Shown here one piece after another: positions 50,366 to 60,223 of a DNA stretch of 64,000 bases. This stretch comes from Christensenellaceae bacterium (GTDB taxonomy: Bacteria; Bacillota; Clostridia; Christensenellales; CAG-138). The stretch is taken from contig JAFLSU010000009.1 of the NCBI GenBank assembly GCA_022510765.1, positions 4,594 to 68,593 on the forward strand. The letters run 5' to 3'. How positions within the stretch are numbered: position 1 is the stretch's first letter; every line of letters starts with the position of its first letter. The notes under the pieces are model-generated. The model was given only the letters and a program-made list of their open reading frames with translations. It had not been told where the DNA came from and did no database searches. The position numbers and the translations under genes are program-made.

Positions 50366-51637
50366 ATGAGTAAAACCGTTGGCGTAATAGGAGCGGGGGC
50401 GTCGGGGCTGATCGCGGGTGCATTTGCAGCCGCAAATGGATGTCAAGTCGACATAATCGACGGGAACGAAAAGGCGGGCAAGAAGCTCTTTCTTACCGGA
50501 AAGGGAAGATGTAATATAACTAATTCTTCCGATTTGGATGAGTTTTTAAGGCAAGTTCCGCATAACGGACGCTTTCTATACGGTGCGTTCGGACGTTTTT
50601 TCAATAACGATATTATTAAAATCATCAATGCCTACGGCGTTCCCACAAAACTCGAACGCGGAGGCAGGTACTTCCCGGAAAGCGATAAATCGAGCGATGT
50701 TATCAAGGCTTTGACGAGCTTCTGCGCAAGGAAGGGCGCAAGGTTTGTGCTGGGTTCGCTCGTTACAGGCATAGACAGGCTCGATAATGGCTTCATAGTA
50801 CACATAAGGGGACAGCAGAGCCGCCGATACGATAGAATCATCCTAGCGACTGGCGGAATGAGCTATTCTTCGACCGGTTCCACGGGGGATGGATTCCGTT
50901 TCGCAAGGGAGTTCGGGCATACGGTTACGGAGCTGGTGCCTTCATTGATTCCACTCGTTACCGTGGAAAGCTGGCCATGTGAGCTGATGGGGCTTTCACT
51001 CAAGAACGTTACCCTTAAAGCGTATAAGGAACAGTCCGCAAACGCAAAGAAGCGAAAGCCAGTATACGAGGAGCTTGGCGAGCTGTTGTTCACACATTTT
51101 GGCGTGAGCGGTCCGCTCGTGCTAAGCGCAAGCAGCTTCATTGCCGATAAGCCAGAGGGATCGGAGCTTGAAATAGACCTTAAGCCTGCGCTTTCGCACG
51201 AGGTGTTGGACGCAAGGGTGCTGCGCGATTTTGATAAGTATAAGCACAAGCAGGTTCGCAATGCCATGACCCTGCTGCTTCCTCAAAGATTGATAGAAAC
51301 CGTTCTTATGCTTGCGGGAGTTGAACCCGAAACAATGGTAGATTGCCTGACGAGGGAGCAGAGGCTGTCGATCGTAGGCACGATGAAATGTCTGAAGCTG
51401 ACCGTAAAACGCACCCGCCCGATGGATGAAGCTATAATAACAAGGGGCGGAATCTCTATAAAGGAAGTAAATCCCTCCACAATGGAATCGAAGCTCGTAC
51501 ACGGCCTGTTCTTTGCGGGGGAGATGCTGGATGTGGATGCCTGCACGGGAGGATATAACCTCCAGATAGCCTGGTCAACGGGCGCGGTCGCGGGAGAGGC
51601 TGCGGCAAATGAGACTCAAAAAGAAATAGATTATTGA
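50366..51637 (+). CDS. HI0933/YhiN-family flavoprotein
   Basis: GAGASG, TGKGRCNITN, TGGYNLQIAWSTG. Confidence 0.92.
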   Translation: MSKTVGVIGAGASGLIAGAFAAANGCQVDIIDGNEKAGKKLFLTGKGRCNITNSSDLDEFLRQVPHNGRFLYGAFGRFFNNDIIKIINAYGVPTKLERGGRYFPESDKSSDVIKALTSFCARKGARFVLGSLVTGIDRLDNGFIVHIRGQQSRRYDRIILATGGMSYSSTGSTGDGFRFAREFGHTVTELVPSLIPLVTVESWPCELMGLSLKNVTLKAYKEQSANAKKRKPVYEELGELLFTHFGVSGPLVLSASSFIADKPEGSELEIDLKPALSHEVLDARVLRDFDKYKHKQVRNAMTLLLPQRLIETVLMLAGVEPETMVDCLTREQRLSIVGTMKCLKLTVKRTRPMDEAIITRGGISIKEVNPSTMESKLVHGLFFAGEMLDVDACTGGYNLQIAWSTGAVAGEAAANETQKEIDY

Positions 51638-51676
51638 TAATTTTTATGGATGAAGAGGATGGAAAGGATGGAGCAT

Positions 51677-52345
51677 ATGGCTATAATAAACATTGCGATC
51701 GATGGCCCTGCGGGAGCGGGCAAAAGCACGATAGCAAAGCGAATTTCCAAGGAAAGGTCAATAGTGTATGTGGATACCGGAGCGATGTACCGTGCGCTGG
51801 GGCTTAAGGCGGTGCGTTCGGGCTTTGATCCAGGTGACGCAGCGCGGGTCGTGCCGATGCTTCCCGATACAGATGTCACGATAGAATACCGTGATGGTGC
51901 GCAGCATATCATCCTCGACGGCGAGGACGTAAACGGATTTATACGCACGGAGGAAATATCACAGGCCGCATCGGTGATAAGCACCATACCGGAGGTTCGC
52001 GTGAAGCTCGTCGAATTGCAGCGTGCGCTTGCAAAAAATCAGAGCATCGTAATGGATGGGCGCGATATAGGTACTTACGTGCTGCCCGATGCGCCCTACA
52101 AGTTTTATATCACTGCTTCGCCGGAGGTGCGTGCGCGCAGACGCTATCTTGAGTATGAGGAAAAGGGCACGCTTGACGGAAGGAGCTTCGAGCAGATACT
52201 TGAAGAGATCAGGGAGCGGGACTATAGGGACTCAAACCGCGAATTTGCGCCTTTGCGCCCTGCGGAGGATGCGGTGTATATCGATACGAGCGAAATGGAT
52301 ATAGATACCGCAGTAAATATCGTTCTTGAAAGGTTAAAAGTGTGA
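51677..52345 (+). CDS. cmk: cytidylate kinase
   Basis: IAIDGPAGAGKST, DTGAMYR, DGRDIGT. Confidence 0.96.
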   Translation: MAIINIAIDGPAGAGKSTIAKRISKERSIVYVDTGAMYRALGLKAVRSGFDPGDAARVVPMLPDTDVTIEYRDGAQHIILDGEDVNGFIRTEEISQAASVISTIPEVRVKLVELQRALAKNQSIVMDGRDIGTYVLPDAPYKFYITASPEVRARRRYLEYEEKGTLDGRSFEQILEEIRERDYRDSNREFAPLRPAEDAVYIDTSEMDIDTAVNIVLERLKV

Positions 52346-52476
52346 AAAATAAAATTTTCACACCTCGTTTTTGAACCTTTGTCGCCAAGAGGGCGGCGAC
52401 AATTCCGGCAAAGCCGGAACCGGCTCAAATTCCGGAAGAAAGGAAGCCTTTGCCACGCAAAGGCATGGAGATTTAA

Positions 52477-53079
52477 ATGCTTTATGCTCTGCTTGCCATA
52501 ATTCTTAAGCTGCCTATCCACCTGCTCATGAGGCCTAAGATATATGGAAACAAGGGGGCGCTTCGCATGAAGGGCGGCGTCATATTCATTGCGAATCATC
52601 GTACACTGTTCGACCCTGTGATGCTTGCTGTTTGTACGCCAAGAATGATACATTTCATGGCCAAGAAAGAGCTGTTTGAAACCAAGATCGGGAATTTCTT
52701 TTTTAAACAGCTTCTTGTTTTTCCGGTAAGCAGAAAGTCGGCGGACATTAAGTCGCTTCGGCAGGCATTAAAGCTGCTCGAAGAGGGCAAGGCCTTCGGA
52801 ATATTTCCGGAGGGTACGCGCTCGATAACCGAGGGCATGGACGAGTTCGAAAAGGGAACCGCTTTCATTGCGATAAAATCGGGCGCACCGATAGTGCCTG
52901 TCTACATAAGCCCAAAGAGCTACAGCGGTTTTCGCCTTAAGATTATGGTGGGAGATCCGATACTTGCGGATGAGATTGCGGAGTACTGCGATAAAAAGCA
53001 GTTAATGAATGTATTGTCAAACGTAATGCAGAATACTATGGAGGGGCTGCGCTGTCAGCTTGATGGAATATGCAGATAA
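52477..53079 (+). CDS. plsC: 1-acyl-sn-glycerol-3-phosphate acyltransferase
   Basis: NHRTLFD (HX4D), FPEGTR. Confidence 0.92.
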   Translation: MLYALLAIILKLPIHLLMRPKIYGNKGALRMKGGVIFIANHRTLFDPVMLAVCTPRMIHFMAKKELFETKIGNFFFKQLLVFPVSRKSADIKSLRQALKLLEEGKAFGIFPEGTRSITEGMDEFEKGTAFIAIKSGAPIVPVYISPKSYSGFRLKIMVGDPILADEIAEYCDKKQLMNVLSNVMQNTMEGLRCQLDGICR

Positions 53080-55361
53080 TACTCGCGAAAAATGCCGGCT
53101 TTTGCTTTGGCGTGAGGCGTGCGGTCGAGCTTGCGAAAAGCACCGCCTACAAGCTCCGGGAGACAAGCTCGGATGCAGTCGTATACACCTACGGAGAGCT
53201 TATCCATAACCGCACCGTCGTTGATGAGCTAAGAAGCGAGGGTATTATCCCGATCCAATCGCTTTGTGAGGCGAAGGAGGGGGATTATGTAATAATCAGA
53301 TCCCATGGCGTGAGCATGGCGGCATATGATGAGCTGCGCGAGCGCGGAATTAATTATGTGGACGCCACATGCCCGTTCGTAGAGAGCATACACAGAATTG
53401 TTGCCGCCGCGCACGAAAGGGGTGAAAGGGTCTATATCGTGGGCGATCCGAACCATCCCGAAACGATAGGCATCAACGGTTTTTGCGATAACAAAGCGGT
53501 GTTCATTCGCTCGGTCAAGGATGTTGACTTGATAGCGGATGACGGAGGATGTATGGTGGTACAGACCACCTACGATTCCGAAGCTTTTGCCGAAATAGAG
53601 AACATGGTAAAAACCAATCACCCGGAAATTAAGGTTCATAATACGATATGCAATACTACTCTGGAGCGGCAGCGCGAGGCTGAGGAATTGAGCCGAAAAT
53701 GTGATATAATGCTTGTTTTAGGCGATTCTCACAGCTCAAATACCGCTAAACTTCGAGAAATTTGCAAAAAAAACTGCCGTAATACCGTCGCTGCGGCAAA
53801 GAATTGCGAAATTTCTCTTGATATATTAGAAAATCCTGATATAATAATGGGAGTTGTTGCCGGTGCATCAACGCCGGATTCAATAATCAGGGAGGTTATT
53901 ACCATAATGAGCGAACAGGATAAGGCTAAGGTAGATTGCTGCGAAGCCGAAAACAAAGAGACCGTGACCAAAAAGGTCGCAACAGATGCTGCCAACGCAG
54001 TGCAGACCATCGAGGAAAATGCCGTTTTTGACGAAGACGCTATCACTAAGACGATAGTGCGTATCCGCAGCGGACAGATTCTGACAGGAACCGTAATTCA
54101 GATAGTTGACGGCGAAGTCAGTGTAAGCATCGGATATAAGTCCGACGGTTATATTCCCCGTAATGAGTTCTCCAATGATCCCGAGTTGGATCCCGCTTCC
54201 GTCTGCAAGGTTGGTGACACGATCGATGTTGAGGTACTCAAAGTGAACGACGGCGAAGGCAATGTACTGCTCTCTCGCAAGAATGTCGAGAGCCAGAAGG
54301 CATGGGAGAAATTCTCTGCCGATGCCGAATCCGAAGGTAAGATTCTCGAAGGTACCTGCAAGGAAGTCGTAAAGGGCGGCGTTATCGCGATCCTTAACAA
54401 CGGCGCAAGGGCATTCATCCCAGCGTCCCAGCTTTCCACAAAGTATGTTGAAAACTTGAACGATTACGTTAACAAGCCCATGAAGGTGAAGGTTCTTGAA
54501 GTGGACACAAAGCGTAAGCGTATCGTCGCGTCCCAGAAGGCCGTCCTTCTTATGGAGGCGGAGGCAGCCAAGAAAGCTATCTGGGAAAGCCTTGTTGTCG
54601 GAACCAAGTGCAAGGGCATCGTCCGCAGACTTACCGATTTCGGTGCGTTTGTGGATATCGGCGGTGTTGACGGTCTCGTACACATTACTCAGTGCTCGTA
54701 CAGCAGGGGCAAGAAGCCCGCAGAGGTATTCACCGTAGGTCAGGAGATCGATGTCATAATCCGCGAAGTTGATATCGCAAACAAGAGGGTTTCTCTCGGT
54801 TACAAGGAACTTCTGCCCAAGCCGTGGACGACCGCAGGTGAGAGGTATCCCGTCGGCGCCATTGTCGAGGGCAAGGTAGTACGCATCGTTTCCTTCGGCG
54901 CGTTCGTATCACTCGAACCCACGATCGACGGTCTCGTACACATCTCTCAGCTCGGATTGAAGCGCGTTGCCAATGTTGAAGACGAGGTCAAGATCGGAGA
55001 CACCATTCGCTGCAAGGTCACCGACATCGACACGTCAAGAAGACGCATCAGCCTGAGCCGCAGGGAAGCGATCCTTGAGGAGAATCCCGAGGAAGCTGCT
55101 GCATTCTTTGCACAGGAGAAGGCGGAGCGCGACCGTGTACGTCAGGAGCGTCAGGAGAAGCGCGAACAGGAAGATCAGGCTCGTAAGGAAGCTGCTGCGG
55201 CACGCGAGGAGCGTCGTCGTGAGCGTGAGGAGCGTCGTGCGGCGCGTGAAGAACGCCGTCGCCGCGAGGAACCGGATTATGAGCTTCCGCCCGTAGAGTC
55301 CGCAACGACCTCGCTTGCATCCCTTCTCGGCAACTTTGTTCCCATGGAGGACAACGAGTAA
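53070..55361 (+). CDS. ispH: bifunctional IspH (LytB) / 30S ribosomal protein S1 fusion
   Basis: AGFCFGVRRA, DATCPFV, ICNTT, AGASTP, then four S1 repeats. Confidence 0.96.
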   Translation: MQIILAKNAGFCFGVRRAVELAKSTAYKLRETSSDAVVYTYGELIHNRTVVDELRSEGIIPIQSLCEAKEGDYVIIRSHGVSMAAYDELRERGINYVDATCPFVESIHRIVAAAHERGERVYIVGDPNHPETIGINGFCDNKAVFIRSVKDVDLIADDGGCMVVQTTYDSEAFAEIENMVKTNHPEIKVHNTICNTTLERQREAEELSRKCDIMLVLGDSHSSNTAKLREICKKNCRNTVAAAKNCEISLDILENPDIIMGVVAGASTPDSIIREVITIMSEQDKAKVDCCEAENKETVTKKVATDAANAVQTIEENAVFDEDAITKTIVRIRSGQILTGTVIQIVDGEVSVSIGYKSDGYIPRNEFSNDPELDPASVCKVGDTIDVEVLKVNDGEGNVLLSRKNVESQKAWEKFSADAESEGKILEGTCKEVVKGGVIAILNNGARAFIPASQLSTKYVENLNDYVNKPMKVKVLEVDTKRKRIVASQKAVLLMEAEAAKKAIWESLVVGTKCKGIVRRLTDFGAFVDIGGVDGLVHITQCSYSRGKKPAEVFTVGQEIDVIIREVDIANKRVSLGYKELLPKPWTTAGERYPVGAIVEGKVVRIVSFGAFVSLEPTIDGLVHISQLGLKRVANVEDEVKIGDTIRCKVTDIDTSRRRISLSRREAILEENPEEAAAFFAQEKAERDRVRQERQEKREQEDQARKEAAAAREERRREREERRAAREERRRREEPDYELPPVESATTSLASLLGNFVPMEDNE
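53818..53909 (+). promoter_or_regulatory. putative internal promoter + RBS + ATG for the S1 half
   Basis: TTGATA-N16-TATAAT with TG extension (53818-53845); GGAGG 53891-95; in-frame ATG 53907. Confidence 0.55.
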
Positions 55362-55757
55362 TCTATCTCATTTGTTAATATAAAGGGGCTGTTTCATGGC
55401 TGACGCTTTTAATGCAGAGGCGATGAAGTAACCCCTTGATTTCCTATATTTCAAGATTCTTCTTTAAACTTCGTTTAGGTAAGGTTTTCACACGTTTTGC
55501 ATATAAAACTTTGCTTGGGAACGGTTCACCACGTCTTGCACATATTTGTTTTTAAAGAATTGTACTGAAAAAGCATCCAATATTAAATTGGCTTACCGAG
55601 TTGGAATGGAAGTCACTTAAAGAATGGCACAATTTATATTTGCGTGCAGAATAAAACCGCCGCAGGATAAGGTTTCCTCGCGGCGGTCGCTGTTATGGTT
55701 CAATGTCGGCAGTTGTGGTTGAACCAGAAATCCCTTTTTTAGAAGCCAAAAGGCTCC

Positions 55758-58220
55758 TTAGTTCGCATCCACCCTATAGAGGTAAATACCATTTTCCGAA
55801 TACACGCACTCAAGATTGCTCTCAAACCATTTTTGGTCAACATGATAGGTATGCCTTTCAACGCTCGATATGAGAACATAATCTATATCGTACTTAGCTG
55901 CGGTCTGGTAAAGGGTGTTTGCAGGATTTTCGTACAGGGATGAGAGCATTTCCTGCCTCGGCTGATAATTCACGCCGTGGTAATACAGGAATGTACCCGA
56001 CCCACAGAAAATATTGCGCCCGGTCAGCATTGCGACCGCATTGTTGTGATTGTTATGCGTCAGTATGGTCGCGTCGCGCTCGGTATTCTCCTTGATGAAC
56101 TCCGTAAGCTTTACAAGCGGTGCGGACACCACCTCGTAACCGCTTTCGATGTACCCGAATGCTGCCCCGCCATCGGATGAAGTGTAAACACCAAGATGAT
56201 CGCCAGATATGTATTCGCGCACGAGCGTAAGCGTGCCGGACAGGAACAACGCGATAATCACGAACAGTGCTACCAAACGCGGAGCTATCCATTTGCCCCA
56301 GGGGATGTCGTTCGAAGGTTCTTTATTAATCTCAATAGCAATCAACTCTCGGTCACAATCAATCTCATTACGTTCTGCTTTCGTTAATTTATCAAATAGC
56401 ATAACAAGGTATTCCGCCACGATGCCGCAGGTGAACGCAAACCATATGAACAGCAGCTTATTATTATCATACGGATTCGGCTGGAACAGCACGAATTCGC
56501 AGATGAGCCAGATAAGCAGGCTGCCGCCATAGAACGCCTTCGTGCGCTTGCTTGCCGAAAGGAAAGCTGGCAGCATGAATATGAAGATTAGACCAAGGTT
56601 TTTAATATAGAACCAAAGCCATCCGTCGCTTTCATTAGCCCAGTTGAAGCTCCAGCGCATGAACTGTTCGCCGACGGACTGCTTGAAGGTGAAGCCCAGA
56701 AGCTGCGGCGCGGCAAGCACGACTGCGATGACGCCAAAGAGCGCAAACATGCCAAGATGCTTCCCAGCTTTGGGGTCATGCTTAAGGTTGATGCCGCCAC
56801 GGAGCATCAGAATTGCCATGATTATGGCGAGTGCTGCAGCGGCCACTATGCCGAGCAGACCGCCGCCTTCAAGCGAGTAGAGAAGGATGGTCGATAGAAT
56901 TACACCGAGCGCACCGACGATTCCGGTAAAGAGGACGTGGGTGGAATCATTCCCTTTTGCGTATGCTCGTGCGGTACAAATGGCGATAATTGCTGTGAAC
57001 ACGATGCCAATGAATACTATTATCAACGACGGGATAATGGCAGTATCATCACTTACCATGATGAGGCTCGTTTTTCCTGCAATTATCCCGAAAAGCGCAA
57101 GCGCAATCGCCATTCCGAAAATCGGTACGGCAAGCTTTGCGGATTGGGTCTTGACCGCTTTTCTAAGATAGCTTCCAACAAAGCCTATCATGAGAAAAAT
57201 AGAGATTATGCCGAGCGCAAGGAAGCTGTGCGTATGCACGAGGGGCAGGCAGCCTGCAAGCACGCCGAGCGGGATGAAAAGCCTGTTTTCGCGCTCCATC
57301 ACGGCGCGGTACAGAAGCTGCAAGCAGGGGAAAAGCAGCGCCCAGCCGAACAGCGTTGCACGCTGCGGCACAAGCATGTCGGCGATCGTGTTTACCCAGC
57401 GCAAGCCCTGCGCCGGAATATTGGTGGGGGTCAGATAGAAGCCCTCAAGCATCTCCTTCCAGCGGTCGATGCCTTCCGCGGCGAGCAGCTTTTCATTATT
57501 GAAGATATAAGCAAACCCAAGGCCGCCGCCGATGAAGAACAAGTAGGTCGCAAACGAGGTGATAGAGCTGCGCTTGAACCAGCTTTCAAAGAAGAAATAC
57601 ACTCCGAAAACGGTTATCAGATACGCATACATCGCGGGAAGCAGCGCGGCAAACCTGAGCGAGGAGCCGAGGGTATAGAATGTCGAACTCACGCTGTCGC
57701 AGAGGAACGGATAGCCAAGGGGCGTACCAGGAAGGATCGAATAATCCGGAGGGAATGTTTGCTGCACGCTGATGCTTGAGATGAAACCAAGGTGCATACA
57801 AAGGTCGCCATAGGTGCATTGCCCGACGTGAAGCGAGCCGTTTGAAGCCGATACGATCGTATGATTCAAAAGCAGAACCCAACCGATGATGAGGAGGGGT
57901 ATCGTCGTCCAAAGCATGGTCCTGATGTTTTCGGGTTTTGCCTTGTTTTCGATGATTTTACCCGCATTCAGGCGTTTATTTTTTATTACGCAGCATATGA
58001 TGCCCAAGACCACAGCCGTGAAAAGCGCAAGAAGCTGGGCAAGCAGCGTAAAATTGATAAGGAACGCAAAAAGCGTTGGCAGCCAAAGCAGCATTGCAAG
58101 CCCGAACACTAAACCGAAGAAGATGCGGCGAAGCGGCTTGTCCTTTGAAAAGACGAGGTCGGAAATCAGCACTCCCGAGAACGCAAACGCCAGAAGGTAG
58201 ATTACTGACAGAATCTCCAT
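55758..58220 (-). CDS. large polytopic membrane protein, possible GT-C-fold glycosyltransferase
   Basis: 820 aa, many TMs, YGDLCMH loop, PQRATLFG, C-terminal soluble domain ending YDIDYVLIS. Confidence 0.7.
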   Translation of the reverse strand: MEILSVIYLLAFAFSGVLISDLVFSKDKPLRRIFFGLVFGLAMLLWLPTLFAFLINFTLLAQLLALFTAVVLGIICCVIKNKRLNAGKIIENKAKPENIRTMLWTTIPLLIIGWVLLLNHTIVSASNGSLHVGQCTYGDLCMHLGFISSISVQQTFPPDYSILPGTPLGYPFLCDSVSSTFYTLGSSLRFAALLPAMYAYLITVFGVYFFFESWFKRSSITSFATYLFFIGGGLGFAYIFNNEKLLAAEGIDRWKEMLEGFYLTPTNIPAQGLRWVNTIADMLVPQRATLFGWALLFPCLQLLYRAVMERENRLFIPLGVLAGCLPLVHTHSFLALGIISIFLMIGFVGSYLRKAVKTQSAKLAVPIFGMAIALALFGIIAGKTSLIMVSDDTAIIPSLIIVFIGIVFTAIIAICTARAYAKGNDSTHVLFTGIVGALGVILSTILLYSLEGGGLLGIVAAAALAIIMAILMLRGGINLKHDPKAGKHLGMFALFGVIAVVLAAPQLLGFTFKQSVGEQFMRWSFNWANESDGWLWFYIKNLGLIFIFMLPAFLSASKRTKAFYGGSLLIWLICEFVLFQPNPYDNNKLLFIWFAFTCGIVAEYLVMLFDKLTKAERNEIDCDRELIAIEINKEPSNDIPWGKWIAPRLVALFVIIALFLSGTLTLVREYISGDHLGVYTSSDGGAAFGYIESGYEVVSAPLVKLTEFIKENTERDATILTHNNHNNAVAMLTGRNIFCGSGTFLYYHGVNYQPRQEMLSSLYENPANTLYQTAAKYDIDYVLISSVERHTYHVDQKWFESNLECVYSENGIYLYRVDAN

Positions 58221-58346
58221 GTTTCCTCCAATTCATATTACAGCATAAGATTGCAGGCTAATTATACCATAACAGCGTCAAAATGAACAGGGCAGCGCGC
58301 AAAAGCTACATGGATACTGCGTATCATGAAAAACTTATTTTGGCTC

Positions 58347-58586
58347 TTGACTTATCGAGAACCTATGATATAATCAAATTGATAGTTCAAGGAGGTTCCC
58401 GTCGGGGATGTACATAGTTCGCTGAATTCATGAATAATGATGCCGTATTGTGCGGGCGGTCGGGCATTGCACCCGATCCTTTGTGCATTGCGGCGAAACG
58501 GCGAATGCGTCATACGGAACGGAAATAGGTCTTAGGGCTTTTAAAGCGGCTGTGAGGATGCTTCACGGTCGCTTTTCATATTTTTA
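58347..58586 (+). promoter_or_regulatory. promoter, uORF and terminator leader (ribosome-dependent attenuator) of the ABC-F gene
   Basis: TTGACT-N16-TATAAT; AAGGAGG; uORF MYIVR* 58408-25; 13-bp terminator 58543-86. Confidence 0.7.
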
Positions 58587-58604
58587 CAGATTTAGGAGGA
58601 AACT

Positions 58605-60080
58605 ATGGCACTTATAACGATAAAAAATTTGACCTTCCACTACGAGGGAAGCTACGATCATGTCTTTGAAAATGCGAGTTTTTCGATAGATACCGATTGG
58701 AAACTCGGCTTCATCGGTCGAAACGGCAGGGGTAAGACTACGCTTTTGAAACTACTCATGGGAAAATACCCGTACAGCGGCAGCATATCAAGCAGCGTGG
58801 AATTTGACTATTTCCCATTTGAGATAGAGGACGATACCGAGCTTGCCGTAGATATTGCCGAGCGTGTTTCGGGCGTGGATGAAAAATGGCGGCTGCTGCG
58901 CGAAATAAACCTGCTTGAAATGGATGAAAGCGTTTTGTACCGCCCATTTTGTACGCTCTCGGGCGGCGAAAAAACGAGGATATTGCTTGCGGCGTTGTTC
59001 CTCAAGGAGGGAAATTTTCTGTTGATAGACGAGCCTACAAACCATCTTGACATGGATGCAAGAAGGGCGGTGGCGAAATATTTGAACGGCAAACGTGGCT
59101 TTATACTCGTTTCGCACGACCGTGCCTTTCTCGATGAGTGCATCGACCATGTGCTTTCGATAAACCGAGCTACAATCGAGGTGATGAGGGGCAATTACTC
59201 ATCGTGGCAGCGCGAGAAGGACAGGAGGGATAACTACGAAATTTCCGAAAATGCAAGGCTTACTTCGGAAATCGAGCGGCTCAGGGAGGCTGCACGGCGC
59301 ACGGCCTCATGGTCTGACAGGCTCGAATCGACCAAGATCGGCAGCGGTGCGGGCGACAGGGGGTATATAGGCGCGAAGTCCGCAAAGATGATGCGGCATT
59401 CAAAGGCTCAGCAGAGCAGAATAAATCGCGAGATCGAAAAGAAGGAGGGGCTGCTCCATGATGTCGAATACGATGAAAAGCTCAAACTCCATCCCGAGGA
59501 GTATTTTAAGGAAACGCTCATTCACGCTTCCGAGCTTGCGCTCTATTATAATGAAAGGCAAATCTGCAATGGAATAGACTTTACGCTGAAGCGAGGGGAG
59601 CGAATCGCGCTCATCGGCTCCAATGGCTGCGGAAAATCGAGCGTGCTCAAGCTCATCCTGGGACAGGATATAGAATATACCGGCATTCTCAACATAGGTA
59701 GTAGGCTCAAAATCTCCTATGTGCCGCAGGATATGTCGTTTCTTAAGGGGAGCCTTGACGCATTCGCTAATGAATGCGAAATTGACATGACCCTGTTTAA
59801 GACCATATTGCGCAAGCTCGATTTCAAGCGCGTTCAGTTTGAAAAGGATATGGGCGAATTATCCATGGGGCAGAAGAAAAAAGTGTTGATAGCAAGGAGC
59901 CTTTGCGAACAAGCGCACCTGTATATTTGGGATGAACCGCTCAACTATGTCGATGTTATCTCACGCTTGCAGATTGAAGCATTGATACTCGAATACCGTC
60001 CGACGATGCTTTTTGTCGAGCATGACAGGGCGTTCGTTTCGGAAATCGCAACGCGCAGTATCGAGTTGCAAGGACGCTGA
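58605..60080 (+). CDS. lsa: Lsa-family ABC-F ribosomal protection protein
   Basis: FSIDTDWKLGFIGRNGRGKTT, LSGGEK, IDEPTNHLD, second NBD YIWDEPLNYVD; no TMs. Confidence 0.85.
   Translation: MALITIKNLTFHYEGSYDHVFENASFSIDTDWKLGFIGRNGRGKTTLLKLLMGKYPYSGSISSSVEFDYFPFEIEDDTELAVDIAERVSGVDEKWRLLREINLLEMDESVLYRPFCTLSGGEKTRILLAALFLKEGNFLLIDEPTNHLDMDARRAVAKYLNGKRGFILVSHDRAFLDECIDHVLSINRATIEVMRGNYSSWQREKDRRDNYEISENARLTSEIERLREAARRTASWSDRLESTKIGSGAGDRGYIGAKSAKMMRHSKAQQSRINREIEKKEGLLHDVEYDEKLKLHPEEYFKETLIHASELALYYNERQICNGIDFTLKRGERIALIGSNGCGKSSVLKLILGQDIEYTGILNIGSRLKISYVPQDMSFLKGSLDAFANECEIDMTLFKTILRKLDFKRVQFEKDMGELSMGQKKKVLIARSLCEQAHLYIWDEPLNYVDVISRLQIEALILEYRPTMLFVEHDRAFVSEIATRSIELQGR
59944..60068 (+). 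repeat. direct repeat copy 1 (functional lsa 3' end)
   Basis: Aligns without gaps to 62149-62273. Confidence 0.9.
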
Positions 60081-60159
60081 GGGGGGATTTTCCCCCTTTC
60101 CAATCCGCATTCTAATTCTTTTTATTGGTGAATAGTATAAGATAAACGTTTCTGTGGAG

Positions 60160-60197
60160 AAAAACGTTCAGCATCGCTGAATCCAGCGATGCTGAAC
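60160..60197 (-). terminator. terminator of the NACHT gene
   Basis: Perfect 14-bp stem GTTCAGCATCGCTG/CAGCGATGCTGAAC with T-tract on - strand. Confidence 0.8.
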
Positions 60198-60223
60198 TAA
60201 TAAAAGCATACAACTATAATTGC

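Noticed and set aside
55487-55544. Imperfect ~19-bp direct repeat TTCAC(C)ACGTYTTGCAYATA
   Set aside because: Only two degenerate copies between convergent genes, with no function I can support
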